A DNA stretch of 64,000 bases from contig NC_043005.1 of assembly GCF_006345805.1 (NCBI RefSeq), positions 79,236,001 through 79,300,000 on the forward strand, in the 5' to 3' direction. The notes under the pieces were generated by a model. That model was given only the letters and a program-made list of their open reading frames with translations. It ran no database searches and was not told where the DNA came from. Below are positions 11,430 through 24,878 of the stretch, piece after piece. The translations under genes and the position numbers were made by a program. Source of the stretch: Octopus sinensis. Taxonomy: Eukaryota. How positions within the stretch are numbered: position 1 is the first letter of the stretch; the number at the start of each line of letters is the position of its first letter.

Positions 11430-12500
11430 AGGCCTTTTCTTGCTCTGCTACGTGCTTGATCAAGCTGGAGTGCTTGCTCTTCCAATTTCATTGGAAAGGA
11501 TGTGTTCCGCCCGTCTGACGGTCCATCTGCTGTCAACAGCTGCTGAGGGGAGGATTGGCATGTGGGAGCTGATGATGTGCGGAAACACACTGAGGCTGCG
11601 GCATCTCCAGCGTTGTCTCAACGGTGAGGGGGTGTGGTCGCTGTTTGTCAGACAGGATTTTCCGCAGCTCGTCTCATTGACGGAGCTACAGTCCTGGATC
11701 AAGAATACACCAAGAAAGTGCAGTTGGCACTTAGAGTATCGTTAAGCGCTCACAACTTTCTGTTACTCGGGAAAGCGGTCAGTAGAAGTTCCCCTATGGA
11801 GTTCTACAGGGGATTAGTGACGGGCAAGAACGACGACGTTCTTGGAGAAATTTTGTGCGCGTTGAATGGATCAATTAGCTGGTCTTTTTCGGAGGATATA
11901 CATGCCGGAGGCTATAGATAACTTCCAGAAACCCCAGGCCTAGGAATGCTACCAAGGAGCTCTGCCCGTTCAAGGCAAGTTCTTCAAACACGGAAGTTCT
12001 GTCAGTCAGACCTGTCAGTGGTGCGCACAGGGCGACGAAACCGTCCTGCGGGCACTCGTCCAATGACCTGCTATTTCTAACTTCTGGAGCTTTGTTGAAC
12101 AGCTGTTGACGCGTGTAGGACGGATCGTCTTCTTTTGGTTGGGAAGGAAATATAGTTTTCTTCTGTCTGGTGGCTATGGCGATGGAGGTAGTGTGGTGGA
12201 CGAGATTGAAAGAACTAAATACAGATACTGTTCTCTTCGACAAAGCCCTCTTCGACTTTTTTAAGTTCCACTTTGAAATAAAAGTGAGTGGGGAGAAGGA
12301 AGATCTGCCCCTCAATATTTTTGCTGACAGGTGGGTAAATGTGGCGAGGATGGCCCGTGAAAATTCGCTTGTAAATCGTAGCAGTTAAGGAGAGAGAAGC
12401 ACCTCAGCAGATGCACCTAACGATCGGGGTCACCAGAATGTGTGGAGTTCCTCGGTTGACCTTGTAAAGAATTCCCTACTTTTAGGGAAATTTATACCGT
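11430..12500 (+). mobile_element. L1/Tx1-like LINE 3' fragment (post-RT region, zinc knuckle, C-terminus, 3'UTR), degenerate
   Basis: KLECLLFQFHWKG..RSICCQQLLRGGL; LRLRHLQRCLNGEGVWSLFVR; DNFQK..CYQGALPV..TCQWCAQGDETVLRALVQ; WWTRLK; RWVNVARMAR. Confidence 0.88.
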
Positions 12501-12700
12501 AATTTTATTTTTAATTGTTATTAATTGTGTACACAGCATTGCGCAAAACCGTACATGACCCTTGAACCGTATTTTATATAATATGCAATATAATTGTAAT
12601 CAGACATTCTGGAAGATACCGACATTATCGAAATTGCAGTTGTAATAAGAAATCATTTAGGTCTGCCTACTTTATATCAGGATAATTTTTATACAACTAT

Positions 12701-12929
12701 GACAGGTGTGGCTGTGTGGAAAGAAGGTTTCTTTCCAACCACACGTTTCTGGGTTCAGTCCCACTGCATCACTGCATGACAGCTTGGGCAAGTACTTTCT
12801 GCTATATCTCGAGCCAACAAAAAGCCTTGTGAGTGAATTTGGCTTATGGAAACTGAAAAAAGCGAGTCATATAACACACACACACACACACACAAATATA
12901 TATATATATAATATATATATATATATAAA

Positions 12930-12992
<63 letters not shown>

Positions 12993-13250
12993 GTGTGCTT
13001 GTGCGCGTGTGTGTATGTGTGTGTGAGTGTGCGCAAGTGTGTTTGCGTGTATGTGTGTATGTGTGGGACCATGCTCGCGTGCCCCTTTATATCTATGCTT
13101 GCTCACCACAGATTGATAACCGGTTTTGGTATGCTTACGTCCCTGTAACTTAGTGGTTCGACAAAACGACTAATACAATAAGTACCAGGCTTTAAAAAAA
13201 TGAGTACAGGGGTCGATTGTTTAAAATGGTACAGTGGCATGACTATACTG
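12701..13250 (+). mobile_element. SINE family A, diverged, with expanded microsatellite linker
   Basis: Head 12701-12870 and 3' domain about 13065-13250 match other copies. Confidence 0.8.
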
Positions 13251-14272
13251 GAACATTTACAAAGCAAAAATATAAAATATATTATTTGGTTAGGCATTTA
13301 AAAGATTTAAGAAATAAACTGAAGGTTAGAAATAATACTTAACTGCTTAATATACCTAACGCTTTTTCAAATATTTTTCGACTGATTTGTTTTTTTTTTT
13401 TTTGCTTCTCATTTCAATTTCTATATTGTGTAGCACGCTAAGTCCAATTCTTTTGTCAGAAAATAACTTGCCACTGGAATTTCCACCCCGATCAATACTG
13501 TTCCCGCAGATTGTCGATTTGCAATTGTTAAAGAATCTCAAATTCATCTGTCTGGCAGATTTTCGCAGTGGGATGGCGAATGTCAGGTACATCGATTCAT
13601 ATACTCCAGAAGATTTCAATAAAATAAAATGGAAACGACTGCGCAGTTAATTTGAACGTATGGTGTTTTGGCTAACCAACGAAAAAGACATAATATGCTC
13701 GTGTAACCCGATGAAAACGGCAGGAAAATCTGCCTCAAATCCCACACGTGACTCAATAAAAAATAGAACCATACTCTGAATAACGTGGTCAAGGCTGTAT
13801 TATGCCTGATGCACAAAACTGGATGGGCTCGGGTGGATTGATTCTGGTCATAAGAATGTTCGATCAGATCTGATACGAGATCTAAACAGAAAGTATCAAT
13901 CGTTTTCACGCCAGTTTGTTTTAGAAATATCTAACTTGATATCCTTTTATAAATGAAAGCTGCAAAACCCTGACATACAAAGAATTATTGTTAGATGTTT
14001 GAGGATATCACTAGACTGGCTTCTCCATACGGTTTTTCAGTGAGATGTAAGGCATCCGTATTTTACTCTTACAAGAAGAAACAAGACAAAACAAAAGAAA
14101 AACCGATGATTTTACTAATAAACTATATAAATTTCCGGAACGTTGTTTTAGTGGATGTTTGCCTGATAATCCCATTTTACCCAATGCATATCTCAAATGA
14201 GGTGAATTAACTTCAAGAAGGAATCGAAACTACATCACAATACACTTGTTATTATATTTGTTTGAAATTTAA

Positions 14273-14497
14273 GGCGGTGAACTGGCAGAATCGTTAGCAC
14301 GTAGGGTAAAAAAATGCCTAGCGCCATTTTGTCCGTCTTTACGATCTCAGTCCATATTTCGTTGAGGTCGAATGTGCCTTTCATCCTTTTGGGGTCGATA
14401 AATTAAGTACCGGTTAAATACTGGGGTAGATGTAATCGACTAACCGCCTCCTCCAGAATTTCAGGCCTTGTACCTATTATAGCAGAAATGATTATTT
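14273..14497 (+). mobile_element. SINE family C (B head/body, alternative tail)
   Basis: GGCGGTGAACTGGCAGAATCGTTAGC...GCCTTTCATCCTTTTGGGGTCGATAAATTAAGTACC...AATTTCAGGCCTTGTACCTATTATAGCAGAAATGATTATT. Confidence 0.85.
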
Positions 14498-15676
14498 TGT
14501 TTGACCTACACATATATTTTAGAGAATGATGTGATTCCCAAGCCTTCACAAAAGTGTAATTTTCAAATATGGCACAAGCAATTGTAAAACGGGAATAAAA
14601 ATCATGGAAAAGGTTTGATTTATTAATAGCATCTTTTTCCAGAAAAATCAATATTAAAAAACCTAATACGACGCTCTACCTGAACCTTAATATATGATTC
14701 ACGATTATTTTTTTTTTCATAGGGACACAAATTCAAACATAATATGGCATCTACACATAACCTTCTATTAAATAAATCCCCGCCAAAATATATCAACTTA
14801 ATTTATTGTAAACAGATATGCGATTAGAGTGGCACCGGAGGGAATTGCAAGACTGATTCTATAAGCCGAGCCATCCTGAAGGTGACCAAGGGGTAGACAG
14901 AAAAGAAAGTGATTGGATAATATCCATTGTCAGATTTGGTCAGGAATCGAACCAGAAATTCTAATGATGGTTGATTCTGTTAGGGCCCTATGGGGGACTT
15001 GCCTATGAACTCTATCCCCAGCAATCCTTCCAGGAATAGTAGCAGCCTTGGTAGGTGGGTGGATATTTCTCATTTCGTGTATGAACATTTAGAATGGGGT
15101 TCAATGAATTCTTTGTTATCAATTTTGTTATCTGTAGATCCAGGTATGTTAAAAGCACAGTTCTATGAACGGCTATTTTAAACAAACATTAAACATAATC
15201 TTGCTATTTTTATTCGTTTTATTCTCATGACAACTTTCAAAACTTCTCTGGGCGGAATTAAATGGTGATTAGGCATAAAAAGCAGTGAAGAATTATCATG
15301 TGACAAATTCTGTCGTCTAGGCCCATAATTTTTGATGGGCTAAATGTAAAACTAATGTAATAAATTGCTTCAATGCGTCAACATATACGCACTTTAAATT
15401 GTTAGGCATAAAGAAACGTCATGTAAATGAAATCAAGAGAGTGCTCGGGCATCTACTTATAGGTGACTAGTCGAAGTCATCACCAAAATAATATATCTTC
15501 ATACATAAAGAAGATTCCTTATTCACAACTGTTTCAATTCCTTTCACCAGAAGCAGACAATAATATCTATTGAAGAAAACAGAAATAATAGAAGCAAAAT
15601 AATTGCACACACCATATCTTGCTACTTGTAGACAGAGAGACGTGTGATTATATTATTCGTGATCGAGGACAGCATA

Positions 15677-15723
<47 letters not shown>

Positions 15724-17422
15724 TATATATATATAATATATATATATATGATATATAGTATATATATACATACATATATATATGTATATATATATACATA
15801 TCTACATACATATATAAATACATATATTTACAAAAATATGTATATATGTATTTGCGTGTGTGTATATATATATATATTTGTATATATATGTATGTATATG
15901 TAATCAAATGATGTCTTTATGCCAAGTCGCAATCGTCGCCTTTATTTTATCACTGAGCTGAGAAATTTTCTTTTTAAACATTTTTCCCCGTATGCCATTG
16001 ATTACTAGCTTTGGTCAAATTCAAACCTTTAAAAAAATATTTCTTTTATTCACAGTTCTATTGAACGCTGTATCCATTCCAACAGCACTCAATTATGCAT
16101 TTGTATTATGCTTGTTAAGCAAATACAATAACTTCTAAAGAACTATACAAGATATCCAAACCGAAATAAAGAAAAGAAAATATCAAAAACAGCAATAATA
16201 ATGATAAAGAAATAATAATAATGTGAGTGGTAACAAAATGAAAAAATAACGGAAAACATGCCGTCCACAAAAAATACTAAAAATAGAAGACAGGAAACTG
16301 ACAGTCGTTTTTTTTTTTTAGCCGATCGTGGAGCTTTCGATGACTGCGAAAGGATGGTTTATTATATAATTTAGAATTAGATTATAGATAAGCCAGGGTA
16401 TGCTGAATGAAATTAAGAAACTGTTAGTATTGAAGAAAATAATGATCTGCTGAAACGGCATGGCTTTACAAAACTAAAAATATAAAATAGAAGGAAAATA
16501 ACAGCAACACCTTATACAAAGAATAATTCTAGTGTGGTCCTGTCTATTATAGTTGACAAATTTACTTTGACGAATTCTTTAGAATAGATAAAAATGTCAG
16601 TCAGACAAAAGCGATTTATAAAGCAAAAGATAACAAAACGAGGTAAAAGCAAAACGAATCGTAAATAAAAACAAACAAAAGACAAGCAAAACCATTGAAG
16701 AAAAACAAGAGGAAAGAACGAAATAAAATATGGTGAACAGTAAGATGGAGGAATGAAATATATGCCAGAGCCGTGAAGAGGATAAATGAATGTCTATAGT
16801 GAAGTAGATTAATGCCTTTATGAACAGACCATTGTACAGCTTGAAAAATCTATCTTTTATTTCCTGCTATTGGTCCGAACGTTGATCAATGAATATCTGT
16901 CGACATATATCAAGGCATGCGTACTGACATACACACCCACATATAGATGTAATTACAGAAATGAACATATCCATATATCTACATATCCACATAACCACAT
17001 GCATATATCGATGTGTGGATATATCTGAAAATGAGAGTGTACATATCTATCGCTCTGTCTCTCTTTCTCTGTGTATATATACATATATACATATATGTAA
17101 ATATATGTATAATTGTATGTGTGTGAGTGTGGGCAGACATGTATGCGTCTGGCAACAGAGAAAAGGCCATTGTATATATGCTATTCTTTGTAGACAAGTC
17201 AAGTAAACAATTTACACATCCAAGGATTGCTATAGTTACAGGTTTGGGTCTGACAACGTCTACCCGAATTCAGCATGATTCAGAGTATCAGACATACGGC
17301 CACATGCAAAGTAATGTGTGTGTTCGTATGCATGTATGAATGTGTGTATGTGTGTGTGTGTGTATGTATTTATATTTATATATATGTTTTTAGGTTTTTA
17401 GTTATTTCTATAATTGTTTAAA

Positions 17423-17482
<60 letters not shown>

Positions 17483-17749
17483 TATATATATATTATATAT
17501 ATATATATTATATATATATATATATGTATATCTATCTATCCATCTATATATATATATATATATGTTCATATATGTATATTATGCATGTATGTGTAGATAT
17601 ATATTCATATATCATGTGTATATATATAATTATATATAAATGCTTGTTTTCATGTCAGGTTATATGTATAACATGTTTACTATTAAACTGAAGAAATATT
17701 TAATACATACAGTAGAGTAAACCTTTATTTACCTATAGAAGGAATAGGG

Positions 17750-17815
17750 ATACAAGACTTCCAAGTTTCGGCTTTCTTTTTTGCTTCTGTCAGACTCTCC
17801 ACTCTTCAGGAAGTT
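17750..17815 (-). ncRNA. Possible decayed type I hammerhead
   Basis: Minus strand: CTGAAGA-G...C-GAAA-CTTGGAAG-TC, with AATAAA downstream; stems I and II do not pair well. Confidence 0.3.
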
Positions 17816-17896
17816 AGACAAAGCAATGCTATCAGCATATTCCTTATAGAACTTAACATTCGGTTACACACACACACATATATATATATTTACCTG

Positions 17897-17945
<49 letters not shown>

Positions 17946-17954
17946 ATCTATCTA

Positions 17955-17988
<34 letters not shown>

Positions 17989-17989
17989 C

Positions 17990-18048
<59 letters not shown>

Positions 18049-18489
18049 GATGAAGGTTGCTATACACAATATAAAACCAAAAAGAAAAAAAAATTCAGTT
18101 TTCACTAATAGTGACCGAGGGTGCGGGTAGCACCTATATGACTAGAAATAAGCATTAAAGCCCATAGAACCTCAAGAAAGCATATATTCATATACTCACA
18201 GGGGAGATAATTGACCCACAGCGAGCACAACTACGATACTAGTTCGTTTGAATATTATAAGCTCATTAGTAGTGACTATTTCATTACTAGCTGGTTTGGC
18301 TGAATCCCGACTCTCATTATATAGTATTTACCATATGAATCAATCGCTGATTCAGCAAAATGGTTGTATGAAGATTATAAAATATCGAAGGCAGCTATAC
18401 ACAATATACAACAAGAAGGGAAAATTCAATTCAATTATCAGAAATTGTTTATCACATATATTGCTAGAATTAAGACTTAAAAGAACCCT

Positions 18490-20430
18490 TAGAGCATCAA
18501 TCCTGAAAATGTGGAAGGGTCGCTATTTTAATCGGAAAGAGCATCATTTTAATTGCGTCGACCCTCGACGCGTCTGCTCGGCATCAAATTCTGTCAATGA
18601 TTTATCCTGATCATTTTATATTCCCTAAGAAATAATCACACTTCGTAAAGCGGTAATCCCTAAGTTTTTCGAATACATATTTTACCTCCTCTACATGTTG
18701 ATACCTGGATTCGCTTTTTATGAATATATCATCCAGATATAGCATTGAGAATTTACAGTCCGCTAACATTGCATCCACAATCTGTTGAAAAATCGACGGT
18801 GCGACTTTTAAGTCAAATGGTAACCTGTTGTAATTATACATTCCTTTTTGTGTGTTAATTGCTATGTATTTAGAGCATTCATCGTATACTTTAATCTGAA
18901 GAAAATAACTTCCCACCGTTTGATTTCGCAAAATATCCTCCGCAGTAGGTAGCGGATAGTGGCATGTTTCAGGACATTCGTTTAAACGCGTGAAAAAATT
19001 AGTACACGCTCTGATTTTCTTATTCTTTTTCATAATGTAACTAGTGCTGCCCTTTTAGAATAGTCCACTTTTTGATAACTCCATTTTTCTGGTCTCTCTA
19101 ACACTATCTGTTCTAATCCTCGTTTTTGTTTAAATGTCGTTATGGCGTTATTTGTATTTGAAACCATGTCTTCGTTTTGGTACAAAGACCTAATTTCTCG
19201 GAGAGAACATTAGGAAAGTTATGAATTTTTTTTTCTCAATTCGTCCGATGACTTATTTGTATTAGCGGAAAACCCATTTACATTTTTTACTGAAAAGATT
19301 TATGGGAATATCCATAAATTAAACAATGCCATCCAGTCGGTATTGAACAAGTTTGTTGTAATTTTTAATACAAAAGCTTTAGCCCTGAAGGTTTTTCACA
19401 AAATGTAATGTTATTTATCAATTCGCCATTAGAATATAATTTTATTTCCTGAAACACCACATGCAATTTTCAAGGTTTCATTTAATTTAGGTCTTCCGAT
19501 CTTTTCCCATGTACCTGTGTTAATTAATGAGATGTCGCTGCCTCTATCTAAATGTAACTTTACGTTTGTGTTATCAATTTTTTTCAAACATAAATTATTT
19601 GAGGTCTTTCGTATTTTTGACACCGATAATCTGTTTAAGCAATTTTTTCTGCCGAACCGATTTTCAGGTTCTGTCCTCCAAAGCGCCATTTTCCGTTTTT
19701 TTTAATTTTTACCACACTTGTGTCATTTTATATTTTAAAACTGACAGTTATTTCTAAAATATAGACCGCCGCATCCATAACCTGGATTCGGTCTTTTTTG
19801 TGTATTTTCTTATTTGTCACCAGTCGACACGCTTGAATCTGAGAACAAACTTTTGCTAGGGTTTTATTTGCCTTATGTCGTAGATTAATAATCCTCTCAT
19901 ATTTTTCTGCTACTGCCTACAGAGTTAAATTTTGGTCCTGCTCTAATTTAATTCTGCACCTTTGCTGGAATTAAGCATCAAAATGAAGGACTTGAACGTG
20001 TCCGGGGTCAACTCATTCAATTTGAATTTCTCATACTCTCTCTCTCTTAACTACTCCTCCATAGGTGACAAACATCTTCATAATCTTTTTTGACCAAATT
20101 TAAATATTGCCACCGAATATTGAAAAGGGAACTACTTACACTAGAAATTTTCGATGAAATATTAATTTTTCCATCGAAACAAATCTCACCAGGCTTTTTC
20201 GGCAGAATATAATTACTGTATTTCTCGTGATCAGCAGGGGATAACTTTCTTAAGAGTAATCGTACTTTTTTCTCAACAGAACAACATTTATACTCTTCCT
20301 AGAAGATTTCTTCGTATCTACTAAAATATGCAGAGAAGGTAGAGCCTTCTTCTTGTCTACAACTGAATTATTCAATTGAGTTTGCTACGCTATTTGGCGA
20401 GTAAAAAGACCCTCTGAGTATTTCTATTTC
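18490..20430 (-). mobile_element. Ty3/Gypsy (Mag/K02A2.6-like) internal relic: gag, zinc knuckle, protease, RT; no RNase H, integrase or LTR seen
   Basis: gag TFSAYFSRYEEIF..KKVRLLLRKLSPADHEKYSNYILPKKP; knuckle YGCGGLYF; protease LDRGSDISLIN (19429-19689); RT YPLPTAEDI..YNRLPF..APSIFQ..YLDDI (18611-19033). Confidence 0.92.
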
Positions 20431-20506
20431 CATATCTCACTTTCTCTCGTTCTCTCTCTCTCTCTCTTTCTGTATGTATGCATGTATGTATATATATATA
20501 CATACA

Positions 20507-20619
20507 TGGCACCTTGGGTGGCACCTTGGGCAAGTGTCTTCTACTATAGCCTCGGGCCGACCAAAACCTTGTGAGTGGATTAGGTAGACGGAAACTGAAA
20601 GAAGCCCGTCGTATATATG

Positions 20620-20655
<36 letters not shown>

Positions 20656-20885
20656 CGCGCGTGTATGTTTGTGTGTCTGTGTTTGTCCCCCTAGCATTGC
20701 TTGACAACCGATGCTGGTGTGTTTATGTCCCCGTCACCTAGCGGTTCGGCAAAAGAGGCCGATAGAATAAGTACTGGGCTTACAAAGAATAATTCCAGGG
20801 GTCGAGTTGCTCGAGTAAAGGCGGTGCTCCAGCATTGCCGCAGTCAACTGACTGAAACAAGTAAAAAAGTAAAAGAGTAAAAGAG
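20507..20885 (+). mobile_element. SINE family A, 5'-truncated
   Basis: Starts TGGCACCTTGGG twice (12-bp duplication at the 5' junction) and ends with AAGAGTA-type repeats. Confidence 0.9.
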
Positions 20886-20894
20886 TATATATAT

Positions 20895-21043
20895 GTAGGT
20901 GTGGCTGTGTGGTAAGTCGTTTGCTGCCTAACCACATGGTTCTGTGTTCAGTCTCACTGTGTTTTACTTTGTGCAAGTTTATTCTATCATAGCCACAGTC
21001 CGACCAAACCTTGCTAGACAGAAAGTAAAAGAAACCCGTCGTA
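20895..21043 (+). mobile_element. SINE family A head/core fragment, diverged
   Basis: GTGGCTGTGTGGTAAG...AACCACATGGTTCTGTGTTCAGTCTCACTG...GAAACCCGTCGTATA. Confidence 0.75.
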
Positions 21044-21172
21044 TACATATATAAAGCGTATATCTATCTGTGTTTGTATTTCTGCCTGTCTATTTCATAT
21101 CTTATCTGGATTTCTGCCTCTCTATTTCATATCTTATCTAGAATAACTATTGCTTAACCACTTTATCACACC

Positions 21173-21220
21173 GTCTCCGATGAGGGGATATATAAAATAT
21201 CAAGGAAACAGCTGTTTATA
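21173..21220 (+). ncRNA. Decayed type I hammerhead motif
   Basis: GTCT-CCGATGA-GGGGATAT-ATAAA-ATATCAAG-GAAA-CAGCTG-TT; same ACAGCTGT stem III palindrome as 8446-8526; stem I partner lost. Confidence 0.4.
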
Positions 21221-21818
21221 AATGATCTAAAATCTTTCACAGCCTTGGATTTTTATCACATTCTGAATTTTTTTTCTACATATACACATACTGATATATG
21301 ACCTACGTTGGACTCATCAGTCGCATAATCACCGAACCTGGATCTTAACTATAGTCTGTCCATAGTACTTACTCGGCGTTACTTGACACATTTGGTCTTT
21401 TTGACATGACACCATTCCCTCTCATAACCTATATATATATTATAATATATATATATATTATATATATATATATAATATATATATTATATATATATATATA
21501 TATTATACATATTACTAGCAATTCTGGTAATTTGTGAATGTTATTTTTAGAGGCAGGGGAGGTAGTAATTCTATTTTAGAGGTGAAATATAGCATGTACT
21601 TAACGAAATTTTAAATTTATGAACAAAATATGTACAAAGTTGGTTATGCGTTCATGAATTAACATACTTAAACATTTTTAATTGGCTTTGTGTTCATATT
21701 CAGGTCTGGTTTGCTGACGTGCACCATTAGTCACTTTACTGACGATTGTACTTGTGCGATTTGGTTTTTAAATTGCGACTAGCCAACTTTATAACACACA
21801 CACACACACATATATATA

Positions 21819-22227
21819 CTCTTTTACTCTTTTACTTGTTTCAGTCATTTGACTGCGGCCACGCTGGCACCGCCTTTAGTCGAGCAAATCAACCCCGGGA
21901 CTTATTTCTTGGAAGCCCAGTACTTATTCTAATCGGTTCTCTTTTGCCGAACCGCTAAGTGACGGGGACGTAAACACACCAGCATCGGTTGTCAAGCAAT
22001 GCTAGGGGGACAAACACAGACCCACAACACACACATGCATACATATATATATATACATATAATATGACAGGCTTCTTTCAGTTTCTGTCTACCAAATCCA
22101 CTCACAAGGCATTGGTCGGCCCGGGGCTATAGCAGAAGACACTTGCCCAAGGTGCCACGCAGTGGGACTGAACCCGGAACCATGTGGTTGGTTAGCAAGC
22201 TACTTACCACACAGCCACTCCTGCGCC
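21819..22227 (-). mobile_element. SINE family A, full length
   Basis: Complete from GGCGCAGGAGTGGCTGTGTGGTAAG to the AAGTAAAAGAGTAAAAGAG tail. Confidence 0.95.
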
Positions 22228-22284
<57 letters not shown>

Positions 22285-22593
22285 GCATATACGGGTACAA
22301 GACGTCATAAACTGCAAACACGTAAACGTTGAGGAAAAAATGGAAAACAGGACATGGAGATATAGAAGGAAACCGAACGAAAACAAACATGGAGCGTCGT
22401 TAGACCTGGACGAGAGGAAAATAGTGAAAGGTGGGAGAAATATTTTCTTTGAAAATAGAAAAGATAGAGGAGAGAGAAAAAAACGTCCAGTCTTTTGAAC
22501 GTCTGTGCAGAAAAAGAAAAAATGGTCACGTGAGAAAAATACGATGGACGATGGTCACGTGTGATTACCGAGATAGTTTAAAAAAGAAAGAGG

Positions 22594-22645
<52 letters not shown>

Positions 22646-22869
22646 AATAAAAACGGTGAAACAGGGAGGGTGAGAAAAAGGAATTAATATAATTTGTGAA
22701 GGATGCCAACCTATTCCTGGATAGAAAGAATAAATTAGAAAGAATAAATTAGAAAGAATAAATTATGCTTATCTTTAACTTCAACATGACACACCAACCG
22801 ACATTCAATGCTAAATAACTAATCAATTCTGTTTGTCAACACAGAACATACATAACCATGTATCATTAA

Positions 22870-23252
22870 CTAGCAGTATCGCCCGGCGTTGCTCAGATTT
22901 GTAAGGGAAATAACTATAAAGCATTTTTAGAGAGTTATAGCCAAAAAATAGCAAAAAATGGAAAAAAAAATGATGGTAAATTTTTTTTGAGAGTTAAAAC
23001 AGGTGGAGTTGCGTCCCTAGACGGTCTGTGGTTTGGGTTTCTCATTCTCGACCCCATGTCGAATTTATCGATTTTTTCAGAACTGGGGGAACTTTTCAAA
23101 ATTTTCGCTGCGTTAGTTTTGAATTATGACATTGGGTTATGTGTGTGTCAAGTTTCATCAGAATCGGTTGAAAGCCGTGGTCAGGGTGAGGGTACGAGAA
23201 AACAGACACACAGAAACACACACAGACAAACTGCCGTTTATATATAGAGAGA
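22870..23252 (-). mobile_element. Non-autonomous Helitron (family H1)
   Basis: Colinear with 3384-3766 end to end; A|TC ... CTAG|T. Confidence 0.88.
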
Positions 23253-23809
23253 TATCCAGCCTCCTTTTATGTAGACAACACTTTTGAATAAGTCGAACGA
23301 GGTGCTGAAACTAGCGCCAGTGACAATTACGTTGCATTCTTATTCTAAAAGGCAGAATATCAACCTAGAGCGTAAGCAAAGAATGAAGAATGTACCATCG
23401 AACACAACCTATTAATTTATCCGAAGATGTCAACTGGTTACAGATGTGTTCTAGTCTAATCATATCTTCGTCATAACAAGCAATGAAGAATGAAAATTTC
23501 TATGAGCTTGTGTGCAACTGCTCTACTTGTTATCATTCTCCTTCAGGTCCCACAATATTTTAAGAAGAAAGCACACTTTGAATAATGCAGACCTAATTAA
23601 AGTAAGCTTTGAGTTTCAGAATGAATTGTCACAGGTGGACCGCATTTAATCATATATTTAGTTTTATGAGTGTGATAAGTAACAGCAACGGTGAGACGGC
23701 GACAACAACATCGGTTTCCAAATCATTAAGACGTATACATTGAGATTAATTATAGGGATATAACAAGCGTTCTGTCGCCTATCCAGATGAGAAAGCAGTA
23801 AATGCTTTT

Positions 23810-24790
23810 CTGGTCATAATTGGTATTTTAATCAAGATGTTGGTATCGTTTCAGTTATTATTCATAAAATAATCCCGTCTACTTGGCAAATTATTGATCC
23901 CTCGGGCATAAAAGTTCTTCAGGTTTTGGAAATGAAGAAACACTCAATATCATTTTTAACCACTTCACAATTAATAAACTGTTTTCTCAATTGGTAACGT
24001 TGCAATGATTTCAAAAGATTATATCTAGGTGCAGCAATATCAGGAGTGTAAGCAGGATGAGTCTAAAAGCAAAAGCTTCGGTATTTATGCCATAATATTT
24101 CCTGAGAGACCTGAAAATTATGTACTCATATGTTATCGTTTAAGAGCAACACGTTTAAGAACAGCAGTGAGAAATGACGGGCGCTTTTGCTACCAATTGT
24201 TGTGCAATGTTTCAATTTATCGACAATACTTCGCATTTACTGTTTTGCTTTAGTTTAATTCTCCATTATCGACGACACCATTATAGCTTATCAAACACAG
24301 AGAATAACATTTTTCGGATGTATTCTGTGTTTAGGCATGGATTCCTTTTCTCGATTGGATGATAACCATTGTTGTTTTACGTTGGATACGATTTTAGAGA
24401 ACCCACAATTCATCACTTGTGATGACTCTACTGAGAGTACTTTCAGCGGCATGCCAATTCTTGAATGAGGGTCACTCTTTGATTAAGCCGGGAAGCTGAG
24501 AAATATTTAGGGAGCCATAGCCCAAATTTTGACACTTTTACTATTTCTTTAAGAGGCTTCATTATTAAAGAGTAACTTGAATTGAAATATGCTGCTAAGT
24601 CACGATTTTCCCGAACTGCTGTTTTCAGAAACTCAGTATTGACAGGACTTTGCCCTCTGGATCAAGTGGAATTTGTGAGAGAAAAATTACCCGAACAGCA
24701 CTAACCAAACGATTCGTGGTATGCCCGAACATGTAAAGCTTCATTTCCAGACAAAGAAAAAAATCAAATATATATTAATGTTTATTTTAA
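23810..24790 (-). mobile_element. Mariner transposase pseudogene, near full length, heavily decayed
   Basis: RVITSDELWVL (about 24395-24430), QKRPS, HPAYTPDIA (about 24035-24062), FYARGINNLPSR; many stops and frameshifts. Confidence 0.8.
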
Positions 24791-24878
24791 CGATCGTGTT
24801 CACGACATACAGTCAATGTGATCATGCCAAAAAGTGCGGCAGGACTTTCTTTCCAACATAAAATATTTCGCATTTTAA

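Noticed and set aside
13356-13909. Higher-complexity ORFs as host exons
   Set aside because: No recognisable motifs or convincing splice sites.
14865-14925. ILK..GRQKRK*LDNI, like an RTE LINE C-terminus
   Set aside because: Too short and degenerate to support.
22523-22561. Paired TGGTCACGTG E-boxes
   Set aside because: No promoter context; could be a small local duplication.
22722-22765. 14-bp unit repeated three times, as a CRISPR-like or regulatory array
   Set aside because: Simple tandem repeat without spacers; no CRISPR array or cas gene anywhere in this eukaryotic window.
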